In this document: positions 1 to 13,712 of the stretch, piece after piece
Layout of the letters: each line of letters begins with the position of its first letter
Numbering within the stretch: the first letter of the stretch is position 1
Assembly (NCBI GenBank): GCA_040901675.1
Contig: JBBDYJ010000041.1
Coordinates: 10,475-74,474 of the forward strand
From: Pirellulales bacterium
GTDB lineage: Bacteria > Planctomycetota > Planctomycetia > Pirellulales > JAICIG01
Reading direction: 5' to 3'
Length of the DNA: 64,000 bases
Notes under the pieces: generated by a model
The model's input: only the letters and a program-made list of their open reading frames with translations
Database searches by the model: none
What the model was told of the DNA's origin: nothing
Made by a program: the position numbers and the translations under genes

Positions 1-2
1 TG

Positions 3-773
3 ACATGGCGCGAAACGTCGCGCTGTTTCTTCGAATGGGCAACGGGGCGCGAGCATTTGCATCTGGTAGAACAAATTGGATGGTCCCTGGTTGTCTGCAC
101 AGTCATCTTCCGAGCTGCGTGGCGAACGGATTTGCCATCACTGTTTTTCGTCGTTCAGGCTGCGCTTCCATGGCTGCTCACGTTCGGTATCTCGCTTCTC
201 GGCGACCGACCGATTTTTCAAGCGAGGTACTTCGCCATCTCGCAAATTAGCATAATGGGACTTTGGGGAGTGGTGTGCTGTCGGCTACCGCGTTGGTCAG
301 AACGTGTTCTTTGGTCGAGCGTCTTATTGCTTTACTGCGGCAGCGGGGGCCTCGCCGCACTGTCTGGTGGCACCTCGACTTCAACGTCAATAGCCCAAGC
401 AGTGGATTGGGTAGTGGATCGGTATCGCCCAGGCGATATGGTCCTTGCTTCATCGCCCCAGGAGGTAAACCAATTCCGATATTACGCCGAGCGTCGTCGC
501 ATGGCCACCATTGACATTCGCTGCCACGTGGACTTGTCCGCGCCTGGGCAGATCGCGCACGTTGCATCGCTCGAAGTCGAGGACATGGTCGTGTCGCGGC
601 GATGGCAGCCCCCCTCGACAATAGAGCGCGTCTGGGTGACGCATTTGGCTCCAGCACCGTACCCTTTCTGGGATCTACGGACAGCCATGCACTTCGCAGG
701 GTCAAAACGTGACAAGCTGACGCTGCGTTTGTATGTTCGCACAGCCCCGCATTCGCAGGACGGGGGAACGTAA
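3..773 (+). CDS. Multi-pass membrane protein, probably the C-terminal part of a GT-C (PMT/ArnT-like) glycosyltransferase; 5'-partial
   Basis: Frame open from the window edge; several hydrophobic helices, 'RPIFQARYF' loop, then a soluble C-terminal domain ('YRPGDMVL'); TAATG-coupled to the downstream GT2. Confidence 0.5.
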   Translation, partial: TWRETSRCFFEWATGREHLHLVEQIGWSLVVCTVIFRAAWRTDLPSLFFVVQAALPWLLTFGISLLGDRPIFQARYFAISQISIMGLWGVVCCRLPRWSERVLWSSVLLLYCGSGGLAALSGGTSTSTSIAQAVDWVVDRYRPGDMVLASSPQEVNQFRYYAERRRMATIDIRCHVDLSAPGQIAHVASLEVEDMVVSRRWQPPSTIERVWVTHLAPAPYPFWDLRTAMHFAGSKRDKLTLRLYVRTAPHSQDGGT

Positions 774-2155
774 TGCCAGCGGCGCCAACCACCCAGAGCA
801 CTGACGCGGTGGACCAGGCAGTCGTGAAGGCAAGCGGCACTTGGCGCTGGAATGATTACTACCTGGAACTGGTCGCACGAGAGATCTCCACGATTTCCAG
901 ACACTGCGACGGCGTGGTCCAGTTCCGGCCGCTTGGCATTGATTCCGGCCACCTCCTCGAACGAATCGAATGCCCGCAAAAGCGTGTGGCTGCAATTGTT
1001 GATCAGGATTCCAACCCGTTTGCCGAAGCGGCACGCCGCCTGGTGGTGCTCAACGGCAACCTGAACCACACGCCCGACGTCCAGGCATTCTTGGCCGAGC
1101 TTCGAACCGAAGTGCGCCGTCGCGATCGCGTTGCGGCCGTGCTCTATAACCCGTACCTGCACTGGCTCTATCGGTTCGCCAACCGAGTCGGAGTGCGGCG
1201 TGGCGAGCTGCCCCGCACTTTCCTGACGCGGGCGGACGTCGACAACGTCGCAAGGCTTGCCGGGTTCGAGGTGGTTCGGGTTCGCCCGGTGGTGCACTGT
1301 CCGTTCCGCCTGGCCGGCCTCGGCACGCTGGTCAACTGGCTCCTCCCGGCGGTGGCACTGCTGCGCTGGATGAGCCTGGCCACCGTAGTTGTGCTGCGGC
1401 CGATTGCGGCTGCGGAGCATCGTCCGTCGTTGTCGGTGGTTATGCCCGCCCGCAACGAGCGCGACAACATCGAACTGGCGGTGCGGCGGCTCGAAAAACT
1501 TGCCGTTCCGCGGCTGCAGTTGCTGCTGGTCGAAGGCGGCTCGTCGGACGGCACGTGGGACGAGGTCGAGCGCGTCGCGCGGCGCGCAAATGGAAGAGTG
1601 AGCGTGCGGTCCTTGCAGCAGCCCGGGCGAGGGAAAGCCGACGCCGTCCGGTTCGGTTTCTCACAGGCCACCGGCGACCTGGTGGCCGTCTGGGATGCGG
1701 ATCTGGCGGTCGAGCCGGAGCTTCTGCAGCGGTTCTACAACGCCTATTGCCAAGGCCTGGGCGACTTCGTCAACGGCAACCGCCTGGTCTACCCGATGGA
1801 ACACGGCGCGATGCGGTTTCTGAACCGGTTGGCGAACGGCCTGCTGGGCCGGATGCTGAGTTATGTCCTCGACGAGCCTCGGCTCCGCGATGCTCTGTGC
1901 GGGGCAAAGCTCTTTGCGCGGTGCGACTGGCCGCGGATGGCGGCCTGGCAGGCCGAGTATGGCGGCCACGATCCGTTCGGCGACTTCGATCTCTTGTCGG
2001 CCGCCGCGGTGCTGGGGCTGGGCATCGTCGAGGTGCCGGTGCCCTACAGGGCCAGGGTCTATGGAGCCACCAACATCCGCCGCTTTCGCGACGGCTGGCA
2101 GTTGGCCCGGCTGCTGGTCCGCGGCCTGTTGCGAATCAGAATGGGCCGCACGTGA
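773..2155 (+). CDS. GT2 glycosyltransferase (polyprenol-phosphate sugar synthase-like) with a degenerate methyltransferase-like N-terminal domain
   Basis: 'LSVVMPARNE', 'VEGGSSDGT', 'GKADAVRFG', 'WDADL' (DxD), 'DALCGAK', 'EVPVPYRARVYG'. Confidence 0.85.
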   Translation: MPAAPTTQSTDAVDQAVVKASGTWRWNDYYLELVAREISTISRHCDGVVQFRPLGIDSGHLLERIECPQKRVAAIVDQDSNPFAEAARRLVVLNGNLNHTPDVQAFLAELRTEVRRRDRVAAVLYNPYLHWLYRFANRVGVRRGELPRTFLTRADVDNVARLAGFEVVRVRPVVHCPFRLAGLGTLVNWLLPAVALLRWMSLATVVVLRPIAAAEHRPSLSVVMPARNERDNIELAVRRLEKLAVPRLQLLLVEGGSSDGTWDEVERVARRANGRVSVRSLQQPGRGKADAVRFGFSQATGDLVAVWDADLAVEPELLQRFYNAYCQGLGDFVNGNRLVYPMEHGAMRFLNRLANGLLGRMLSYVLDEPRLRDALCGAKLFARCDWPRMAAWQAEYGGHDPFGDFDLLSAAAVLGLGIVEVPVPYRARVYGATNIRRFRDGWQLARLLVRGLLRIRMGRT

Positions 2156-3354
2156 ACGCGCCAGGATCGCAATCCGCTACGAAGACGAGAATTCGGCGAT
2201 TCACGGGTTTCGTGCGATCGGATTCGGTCCGGCGCGCGGGCGGCATCGTGCTGATATGGCTGGTCTACGTGGTGGCTATTGAGGCCATTGCCAGGGCGGT
2301 GCACCGCGATTCGGCCATGTTCGCGGAAAACGGTCCCTTGCACGGCTTTCTGGCGGATCTATCGCCGGCCCCTCCACTGGCGCGGTGGGATTCAGTTTGG
2401 TTCTACCACATCGCCGAACAGGGCTACCACGGCCGGGCGCCGGCCAGCCGCCACGCGCCGGGCTTCCTCCCGCTGTATCCGTTGGCCATGAGGGCCACGA
2501 CCGCCTGCTTGGGAGGCGAGCTGTTTACCGCCGGGCTGTGGGTCAGCCGGCTGTCTTTACTGGCCGCCATGTTTTTGCTGTCGGCCCATGCCCGGCATGC
2601 CGAAACCAACGACGCCGGATGGCCAGCGATCTTCGCGCTCTTGGCGTTCCCCTCGGCATTTGTCCTGGTATCGGTCTATTCAGAGAGCTTGTTCCTTGCG
2701 ACGGCGCTGGCAAGTTTCGTCCTCGCCGAGCGCAAAAGGTATTGGCCGGCGGCTCTGGCAGCCTTCTTGGCGGGATTGACCCGAATCCATGCCGTGGCCC
2801 TGGTCCCCGCGCTATTTGCGCTCGGCTGGACCCAATGGCGCCGTGACCGGTCGCTGTCCGCATTCGCACCCGCCGCGGGTGGAATGGGAGCGTGGCTTCT
2901 GTTGTGTTCCTACTTCGCGGCCCAGTTCGATGATCCGTGGCGATACTTCACCGCCAAGCGAGAGCACTGGCGGATCGGATTAAGCAGTCCGTGGACGACC
3001 ATCGACAATGCGCTCCAGCGCATCGACAACGCGTTGGCGCAGGCTGACCTGGGGTCATTAACGGTGCTGCTCGAACTGCCGTGCTTGTACCTGCTGGCAC
3101 TGGCTAGCGCCGTGCTGGCCGTGGAGCGCCGCTGGCATGCCTCGGCTTACGTCGCCTTGGGAGCCGCCCTGACGCTGTTCTCCGGCTCGACGTGGGGGCT
3201 GCCGCGATTCGCGCTCTTGCTGTTCCCGACATTCATCCTTATCGCAAGGCTCCATCGGCGGCCCGCGGCCTGGTACGTTTACCTTTTAGTGGGTTCGTTG
3301 TTGCAGGCCTGCGCGCTGGTAAACTACGTGAACTTCCGGTCGCCTGCCCCGTAA
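2152..3354 (+). CDS. PIG-V/GT76-like membrane mannosyltransferase
   Basis: 'RWDSVWFYHIAEQGY', 'FLPLYP', 'YSESLFL', 'GLTR' motifs; many TM helices; GTG start overlaps the upstream stop. Confidence 0.8.
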   Translation: MNAPGSQSATKTRIRRFTGFVRSDSVRRAGGIVLIWLVYVVAIEAIARAVHRDSAMFAENGPLHGFLADLSPAPPLARWDSVWFYHIAEQGYHGRAPASRHAPGFLPLYPLAMRATTACLGGELFTAGLWVSRLSLLAAMFLLSAHARHAETNDAGWPAIFALLAFPSAFVLVSVYSESLFLATALASFVLAERKRYWPAALAAFLAGLTRIHAVALVPALFALGWTQWRRDRSLSAFAPAAGGMGAWLLLCSYFAAQFDDPWRYFTAKREHWRIGLSSPWTTIDNALQRIDNALAQADLGSLTVLLELPCLYLLALASAVLAVERRWHASAYVALGAALTLFSGSTWGLPRFALLLFPTFILIARLHRRPAAWYVYLLVGSLLQACALVNYVNFRSPAP

Positions 3355-4412
3355 GTGAAACCGATTGCCGAAAGCCGCCAGAAAAGAGAAAAGCAGCCAT
3401 TTTTCTGACCCACTTCGCCGACTTTCAGCTTCATCGAAACCTGAAGCACCTGATCGTCCACGTGACGAATCACTGCAATTTCAGGTGCCGGCACTGCTTC
3501 ATCGATTTTTCGCCGAAACGGGATCTCCCCCTAGAGGTCTACCAGACGCTCGCCCGCGACGTTGGCCGACTGTTCTGGCTCGACATTGGCGGCGGCGAGC
3601 CCTTCCTGCGCAACGACATCGTCGAGATCGTGCGCGCCTTCGACGCCGACGTGGTCACCATTCCGACCAATGGATTCTTCGTCGAGCGGACTATCGAGGC
3701 CACCCGAGAGATTCGGGAGCATATCGCCGGGGAGCTGACAGTCGCCATCAGCATTGACGGGTTGCAATCCACGCACGATCGGATCCGGCAAGCAGGAAGC
3801 TGGAACACACTCTGGACCACATTTGAAGAGTTGAGGACGATCCCCAACGTGCGGGTCAAGATCAACACGGTGCTCTGCAAAGAGAACTTTTGCGAAATCG
3901 TCGAGCTCATGGAGCTTGTCTATCAACGACGGCCCGATTTCCACTCGATTATCCTCTTGCGGGGCAACCCCATCGACCCCACTTACGGCCTTCCCTCATT
4001 CGAGGAGTTGCACCGGATTCAAGAGGCGCTGTTCGAGATCCTGCGGCGCTACGATTACGGGCAGAAGAGCCTGACGAGCCGGATGCTGAGGAACTACCAT
4101 CGCTATCTGTGGAACCTCTCGCTGGCCACGCTGAAGCAGCGCACCCAGGTGATCCCCTGCCTGGCAGGACAGGCCCATGCGGTGGTTATGGGAAACGGAG
4201 ACGTCAGCTCGTGCGAAATGCTGCCACCCGTTGGCAATCTCAAGGAGGCATCCTGGCAAACGATCTGGAAGGGCCACGAAATGAACCGGCAGCGGCAGTC
4301 GATCAAGGACAAGCAGTGCCATTGCACCCACAACTGCGCGATGTTGGACAGCATCCTCTACCGGCCCAGCAGCTACGGACCGCTCCTGGCCGGAGTGGAG
4401 CTTCAAACGTAG
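3355..4412 (+). CDS. Radical SAM/SPASM-domain protein (start uncertain, possible frameshift near 3405)
   Basis: CxxxCxxC 'CNFRCRHC', 'GGGEPFLR', 'ISIDG', C-terminal 'CLAG...CEML...CHCTHNC'. Confidence 0.85.
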
Positions 4413-4424
4413 ATCGAAAACCTG

Positions 4425-5027
4425 ATGGAAACTCGCTCGAAAATCGCCGTGATCGGCCCGTTCTTCAATGCGTCGAGGCATGTCGATAGTTGGCTCGATG
4501 GCCTTTCCGCTCAGACGTATTCCAACTTCAAGGTCTACCTGGTGGACGATCACTCCACCGACGATACCCTCGAACGCATGCAGGCACGCCTCGGCGGCTT
4601 GCCGGTGCACGCCGAGATACTGACGCTGCCGGCGAATTCCGGTCCGTCGGTCGCTCGGAACCGGGGAATCCGGAAAGCGCTCGCCGAAGGCACCCAAATC
4701 GTCCTGCTGCTCGATAGCGACTGTCGCGTAGAGCTGGTGATGGCGCTCGTGCCACCAATCGCCATCGCCAATGTTCTTCTGGTCCTTGTCCAGTACGCCC
4801 GCCACGCACCACGTGCCTGGCTCTATCTGCCTTGGATTTGCCTTCTGAAGTGGGCCAATGCCGTCGGCGTCTACCGCGGGTACGTTTCGCCGGAGCTATG
4901 CCTGAGAAAGACTCTGGTGCCCGAGTCACGGGGCTCAGGCGGCCTCGCGACCAGCGATGCTCTGCCGGGCCGGCTCGACCAACGGATCGAGCAAGTCCAA
5001 CGTGCGGCCGGCCGCGCCAAGCTGTGA
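4425..5027 (+). pseudogene. GT2 glycosyltransferase with apparent internal deletion
   Basis: N-terminal GT-A half intact (PFFNA, VDDHSTD, GPSVARN, LDSDC), followed directly by C-terminal TM helices; acceptor half missing; 3' end runs 93 bp into convergent waaA. Confidence 0.6.
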
Positions 5028-6248
5028 AGCGACTAGCTGCTGCGCCCGCCCACCGAGCGACTCGGCAAACGCCGGGTCGGCCAGGCAGAGGTCGACAAAG
5101 GCGGCGAGCTGCGCGCCGTCGTGGACTTCCACCGCCGCCTGGTGGGCCAGCATGGCGGCCACCACGTCGCGGAAGTTGCGGGTGTTGGGACCGAAGCAGA
5201 CGGCGGCCCCGTAGGCGGCCGGCTCGATCATGTTCTGACCGCCGCGCTTGCCGAGACTGCCGCCCACGAAAGCGATCGCCGCCGTGCCCCACCAGGCGGC
5301 CAGCTCGCCGATGGCGTCGACCAGCAGAATCCGCGCCACCGGCGCGGCGGGCTCGTGATCCAGCCGGCTGCGAAGTTGCCACGGCAGGCCGCGGGCGTCG
5401 AGCAGTTGGGCGACGGCGGCAAACCGCTCCGGATGCCGGGGCACCAGCACTAGCCGCAGACGCGGGAAGCGGCCGCGGAGCTTTTGATAGGCGTCCAGGG
5501 CCAAAACCTCCTCCGGCTCCTGGGTGCTGCCGGCGAGAAACACGATGTCGTTTGGAGCAAAACCCGCCAGCGCGCGAAGCCGGGCGGTGGCCGGGTTGTT
5601 GCGGTCGGTCTGCGCGCCGTCGAACTTCATCGAGCCGGTCACGTGGACCGCCTCCCCTCTCGCGCCCAGCGTCCTGAACCGCTCGGCGTACTCGGCCGTC
5701 TGGGCCGCCACCAGGTCGATCCGGCCCAGCCAGCGGCCGACCAGCCATCGCAGCCGCCGGTAGCCGCGGAAGCTGCCATCGCTCAGGCGGCCGTTCACGA
5801 TCGCCACGCGGGCCCCTTGCTCGCGCGCCGCACGCACCAGGTTAGGCCACAGCTCGAGCTCCGCCAGCACGAGAGCATCCGGCCGGATGCGGCGCATCGC
5901 CGCGCGCGTGGCCCAACTGAAGTCCAGCGGGCAGTAGAAGACACAGCACCCCGAGTACTTCTTTTTCGCCTGCGCGTAGCCGGTGAGCGTGCTGGTGGAG
6001 ACCACGCACTCCCAGTGAGGCCTGCGGCGGCCGACCTCTTCGACCAGGGCGGCCAGCAGGTTCACTTCTCCCAGGCTCACCGCGTGCAGCCAAACGCAGG
6101 GCCGCTCGCCCTGGCGCTGCGGCACCAGGCCCAAAAACCTCTCGACAAGGCCGCCGCGATACTTTCCCTGTCGAAGCGCGCGCCAGGCCAGCCAGGGAGA
6201 TGCCGCCAGCAGCAGGGCCAGGTAGACGCAATTGAGAAGGTACGGCAC
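4935..6248 (-). CDS. waaA: 3-deoxy-D-manno-octulosonic acid (Kdo) transferase
   Basis: 'WLHAVSLGE', 'ELELWPN', 'NGRLS', 'TGSMKFD', 'AGST', 'VPRHPERF', 'GGQNMIEPAA'. Confidence 0.95.
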   Translation of the reverse strand: MPYLLNCVYLALLLAASPWLAWRALRQGKYRGGLVERFLGLVPQRQGERPCVWLHAVSLGEVNLLAALVEEVGRRRPHWECVVSTSTLTGYAQAKKKYSGCCVFYCPLDFSWATRAAMRRIRPDALVLAELELWPNLVRAAREQGARVAIVNGRLSDGSFRGYRRLRWLVGRWLGRIDLVAAQTAEYAERFRTLGARGEAVHVTGSMKFDGAQTDRNNPATARLRALAGFAPNDIVFLAGSTQEPEEVLALDAYQKLRGRFPRLRLVLVPRHPERFAAVAQLLDARGLPWQLRSRLDHEPAAPVARILLVDAIGELAAWWGTAAIAFVGGSLGKRGGQNMIEPAAYGAAVCFGPNTRNFRDVVAAMLAHQAAVEVHDGAQLAAFVDLCLADPAFAESLGGRAQQLVASQLGAAGRTLDLLDPLVEPARQSIAGREAA

Positions 6249-6284
6249 CGGGACATCCTTTCCCTGGCGATGTTACGCATCAAT

Positions 6285-6400
6285 GCAACTGGGGCACGCT
6301 TATCGCTTTGCCCCAGGCACCCAGCCGAAGAATTACTTCCTCACATCGCACCTCACATCGCAACTGGGGCACGCTTATCGCTTTGCCCCAGGCACCCAGC
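6285..6400. repeat. Two 41-bp copies of palindromic REP-like element family C (CTGGGGCA...TGCCCCAGGCACCC)
   Basis: Identical copies at 6285-6325 and 6360-6400; same family as 20002-20243 and 63830-64000. Confidence 0.9.
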
Positions 6401-6435
6401 TCGCTCGACTGTGTCGAAGTTGTTTTCGGTCGTTC

Positions 6436-10143
<3,708 letters not shown>

Positions 10144-10289
10144 GGACCTCGGCCCGCCACGGGCTGCCGCGGGCAAGAAAAGATTCGGCCGGGCCACCCT
10201 GCGGGCCCGGCGTCGTTTATAATGACGCAACTTTGTCCAGCCACGTAATTTATAACTTTTATTACGATGGGTCAATAAGGCTTGTTCGC

Positions 10290-11096
10290 ATGCTCCCCAA
10301 GTGCCCCCTGACCACCGACATCCGCGGAAAGCTCATCTTTCTCGGCACCGGCACCTCCGTCGGGGTCCCCGTACCCGGCTGCGATTGCCCCACCTGCCGC
10401 AGCCCCGACCCGCACAACCAGCGGACCCGCTGCGGCCTGGTTTTGGGCCTGCCGGGCGGAAACCTGCTGGTCGACACGCCCACCGACCTGCGTACCCAGT
10501 TGCTCCGCGAAGGGATCGGCCTGGTCCACGCCACGCTGTTCACCCATGAGCACGCCGACCACCTGTTCGGGCTCGACGACGTGAGGCTCTTCCCCTACTA
10601 CCTGGGCCACAAGCTCCCCCTGTATTGCGAGCAGCGGGTCGAGGAGCGGATCCGCCGCTCGTTCGACTATGCCTTCACCGAACAGCCCGAGCCCTATGCC
10701 GCCGCCGTGCCGCAACTGTCGTTCGAGCGGATCTCGACCGAGCCCTTCGACCTGCTCGGCTGCCGGGTGGTCCCGATGCGACTGCACCACGGACAGTTCC
10801 AGGTGCTGGGCTTTCGCTTCGGCAACGTGGCCTACTGCACCGACACCAACCACATCCCCGACGAGAGCTGGCCCCTGCTGGAGGGGCTCGACCTCTTGAT
10901 CCTCGACGCCCTGCGTCCGCGGCCCCACGTCACTCACTTCAGCCTCGACGAGGCCGTGGCAGTCGCCCGCCGCCTGCGGCCCAAGCGGACGCTGTTCACC
11001 CACATGTCGCACGAGCTGGAGCACCAGGCCACCAATGCCGCCTTGCCCGCCGGCATGGAACTGGCCTACGATGGGCTGAAAGTGCCCCTCACATGA
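10290..11096 (+). CDS. MBL-fold hydrolase, PhnP family
   Basis: 'FLGTGTSVGVPVPGCDCPTC', 'THEHADH', 'YCTD', 'THMSH', 'AYDGL'. Confidence 0.92.
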   Translation: MLPKCPLTTDIRGKLIFLGTGTSVGVPVPGCDCPTCRSPDPHNQRTRCGLVLGLPGGNLLVDTPTDLRTQLLREGIGLVHATLFTHEHADHLFGLDDVRLFPYYLGHKLPLYCEQRVEERIRRSFDYAFTEQPEPYAAAVPQLSFERISTEPFDLLGCRVVPMRLHHGQFQVLGFRFGNVAYCTDTNHIPDESWPLLEGLDLLILDALRPRPHVTHFSLDEAVAVARRLRPKRTLFTHMSHELEHQATNAALPAGMELAYDGLKVPLT

Positions 11097-11124
11097 CAAG
11101 CCCGGACGATGATAAGCCCAAACG

Positions 11125-12519
11125 ATGGTAAGCCCAGACGAACTGCTGGCGCTTCTCAAACCTCACGGACAGGAACACGTCCTGGCATTTTGGGACCGGC
11201 TGTCCGGCAGCGGCCAGGACAGGCTGGCCCGGCAGATTCGCCGGCTCGATTTGTCCCTCATCGACCGCCTCTGGCGGCAGCAAGCCGGCAGCCACGACTG
11301 GGCAGCCATGGCCGCCCGGGCCTCCGGGCCGCCGGCCGTGCGGCTCGATGGCAGCGGCAGTGCCTTTTCGCCCGAACAGTGCCGGCAACGAGGCGAACAA
11401 GCCTTGGCAGCGGGCAAAGTCGCTGCGGTGCTGGTGGCTGGCGGCCAGGGGACGCGGCTGGGGTTCGACCATCCCAAGGGGATGTACCCGATCGGGCCGG
11501 TCTCGCAGGCTACGCTCTTCCAGATTCTGTTGGAAAAGCTGCTAGCGGTGGGCCGGCGGTACGGCCGCGCCATTCCGCTCTACCTGATGACCAGCGAGGC
11601 CACGCACGAAGAGACGGTCGGTTTTCTCCAGGACCATGGGCGGTTTAGCCTGGCGGCCGAGGACCTGATGATTTTCCGGCAGGGAATGATGCCGGCCGTC
11701 GACGAGCGGACGGGCCGCTTGTTGCTGGACCAGCCCGGCGAGCTGGCATTGAGCCCCGACGGCCATGGCGGCATGCTGGCGGCGCTGCGCAACAGCGGCG
11801 GCCTGGACGACGTCGCCCGTCGCGGAATCGAGCAGTTGTTCTACATGCAGGTGGATAACCCGCTGGTCAGCGTCTGCGACCCCGAGTTCATCGGGCACCA
11901 CCTCCTGGCTGATTCGGAAGTATCGACCCAGGTGGTGGCCAAGCGCGACCCGCTCGATCGCGTCGGCAACGTCGTGCTGGTCGACGGCAAAGTGCGGATC
12001 ATCGAGTACAGCGACCTGCCCGAAGACGCGGCCCGGCAGCGCCTGCCTGACGGCTCGCTCAAGCTGTGGGCCGGCAGCATTGCGGTGCACGTCTTTTCGG
12101 TCTCGCTGCTGGAGCGGATGAGCTCCGGAGGGAAGCGACTGCCGTTTCACCGGGCCAGGAAAAAAGTGCCCTTTGTCGATCCCTCGGGGCGGCGGATCGA
12201 GCCGGACGGACCGAATGCCATCAAATTCGAACAGTTCATCTTCGACTTGCTGCCCGAGGCCCGCAATGCCGTCGTGTTCGAAGTGGACGAAGCGACCAAC
12301 TTCGCCCCCTTGAAGAACGCGCCGGGCTCCGACCGCGACAGCCCCGAAACCGTCCAGGCCCAGATGGTGGCCCTGCACACCGATTGGCTGCGCCAGGCCG
12401 GCGCCATCGTCGAGCCCGGCGTCCCCGTGGAGATCAGCCCGCTGTTCGCCTTGGATGCGGAGGAGCTGTCGGGCAAGATCGATCCCGGCCTGCGAATCGC
12501 ACGCCCCTGGTTCCGCTGA
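11125..12519 (+). CDS. UDPGP type-1 family pyrophosphorylase (UAP1-like UDP-GlcNAc pyrophosphorylase)
   Basis: 'LVAGGQGTRLGFDHPKG', 'PDGHGG', 'QVDNPL', 'IEYSDL', 'KFEQFIFD'. Confidence 0.92.
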   Translation: MVSPDELLALLKPHGQEHVLAFWDRLSGSGQDRLARQIRRLDLSLIDRLWRQQAGSHDWAAMAARASGPPAVRLDGSGSAFSPEQCRQRGEQALAAGKVAAVLVAGGQGTRLGFDHPKGMYPIGPVSQATLFQILLEKLLAVGRRYGRAIPLYLMTSEATHEETVGFLQDHGRFSLAAEDLMIFRQGMMPAVDERTGRLLLDQPGELALSPDGHGGMLAALRNSGGLDDVARRGIEQLFYMQVDNPLVSVCDPEFIGHHLLADSEVSTQVVAKRDPLDRVGNVVLVDGKVRIIEYSDLPEDAARQRLPDGSLKLWAGSIAVHVFSVSLLERMSSGGKRLPFHRARKKVPFVDPSGRRIEPDGPNAIKFEQFIFDLLPEARNAVVFEVDEATNFAPLKNAPGSDRDSPETVQAQMVALHTDWLRQAGAIVEPGVPVEISPLFALDAEELSGKIDPGLRIARPWFR

Positions 12520-12617
12520 CCATGCCTGGCTTGGCCAGGCCGCGATTGACATAGATCGTCGTACTTGAAAGCTTGTCGACCAATCCATCAATCCATGCGA
12601 ACCGGACGGCTCCTGCC

Positions 12618-13712
12618 ATGCTGCACGCGGTGATTATGGCCGGCGGATCGGGGACGCGCTTCTGGCCGGAGAGCCGCGACGCGCGCCCCAAACAGTTGTT
12701 GAACCTCGCCGGCGGACGGACGATGATCCAGGCCACCGTCGACCGCCTGGCGGGGCTCGTGCCGCCGGAGCGGCTCCTGGTCGCCACCAATGCCAGGCTC
12801 GCCGCCGCCATGGCCAAGCAGCTCCCGGAGTTGCCGGCCGGAGCTATCCTGGGCGAGCCGTGCAAGCGCGACACGGCCCCCTGCATCGGCCTGGCCGCCA
12901 TCCGCATCAGCCGCACCGACCCGGATGCCACCATGCTGGTCATGCCGTCCGACCACGTGATCGCGCCCCAGGCCATGTTCCAGGACGCAATCCGGTTTGC
13001 CGCCGCCCTGGTCGACGAGCGGCCCGCCCGGATCGTCACCTTCGGCGTGCGGCCCAGCTACCCCGCCGAGAGTTTCGGCTACATCGAGCGGGGGGCCGCT
13101 TGCGAGACCGCCGTCGCGGCTTCCCCCGGCCGGCCCGCCGCCTACCAGGTCCGCCAGTTCCGCGAAAAGCCGAAGGCCGACCTGGCCCGCCAATACCTGG
13201 AAGCGGGCAACTTCTACTGGAACGCCGGCATTTTCGCCTGGAAGGCGGCCACGATTCTCTCGGCCCTTGCCGAGCACCAACCCGCCATGTTCGCCCACTT
13301 GGAGCGGATCGCCGAGGCCCACGGTTCACCCCGCTACCAGGAGGTGCTCGAGCAGGAGTTTGCCGCGATCCACAGCGTTTCCATCGACTACGCGGTGATG
13401 GAACATGCCCAGGAGGTCGTGGTCGTCGAGGCACCTTTCGAGTGGGACGACGTGGGAAGCTGGCAGGCGCTGGCCCGGCTGGAGGGCTCCGACGGCGACG
13501 GCAACACTATCGCGGGCCGCCACGTCGGGCTCAAGACCAGCGGCACGATCGTCCGCGGCACGGCGGACCATTTGATCGTCACGCTGGGGATCAACGACTG
13601 CATCGTGGTCCACACGCCCGACGCCACGCTGGTGGCCAACAAGCACGACGAGGAAGCGATCCGGCGGATCGTGCAGTTGATCCAGGAGCACGGCTGGCAA
13701 GAATACCTGTAG
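12618..13712 (+). CDS. manC: Mannose-1-phosphate guanylyltransferase
   Basis: 'IMAGGSGTRFWPESR...PKQ', 'EPCKRDTAPCI', 'PSDH', 'FREKP', 'WNAGIF', 'SIDYAVME', 'WDDVGSW'. Confidence 0.95.
   Translation: MLHAVIMAGGSGTRFWPESRDARPKQLLNLAGGRTMIQATVDRLAGLVPPERLLVATNARLAAAMAKQLPELPAGAILGEPCKRDTAPCIGLAAIRISRTDPDATMLVMPSDHVIAPQAMFQDAIRFAAALVDERPARIVTFGVRPSYPAESFGYIERGAACETAVAASPGRPAAYQVRQFREKPKADLARQYLEAGNFYWNAGIFAWKAATILSALAEHQPAMFAHLERIAEAHGSPRYQEVLEQEFAAIHSVSIDYAVMEHAQEVVVVEAPFEWDDVGSWQALARLEGSDGDGNTIAGRHVGLKTSGTIVRGTADHLIVTLGINDCIVVHTPDATLVANKHDEEAIRRIVQLIQEHGWQEYL

Noticed and set aside
6285..6400. Mini-CRISPR (repeat-spacer-repeat)
   Set aside because: Only two copies, of the same dispersed REP family
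11125..12519. Recent eukaryotic gene transfer (UAP1-like)
   Set aside because: UDPGP type-1 family members are known in bacteria; codon use and operon context are native
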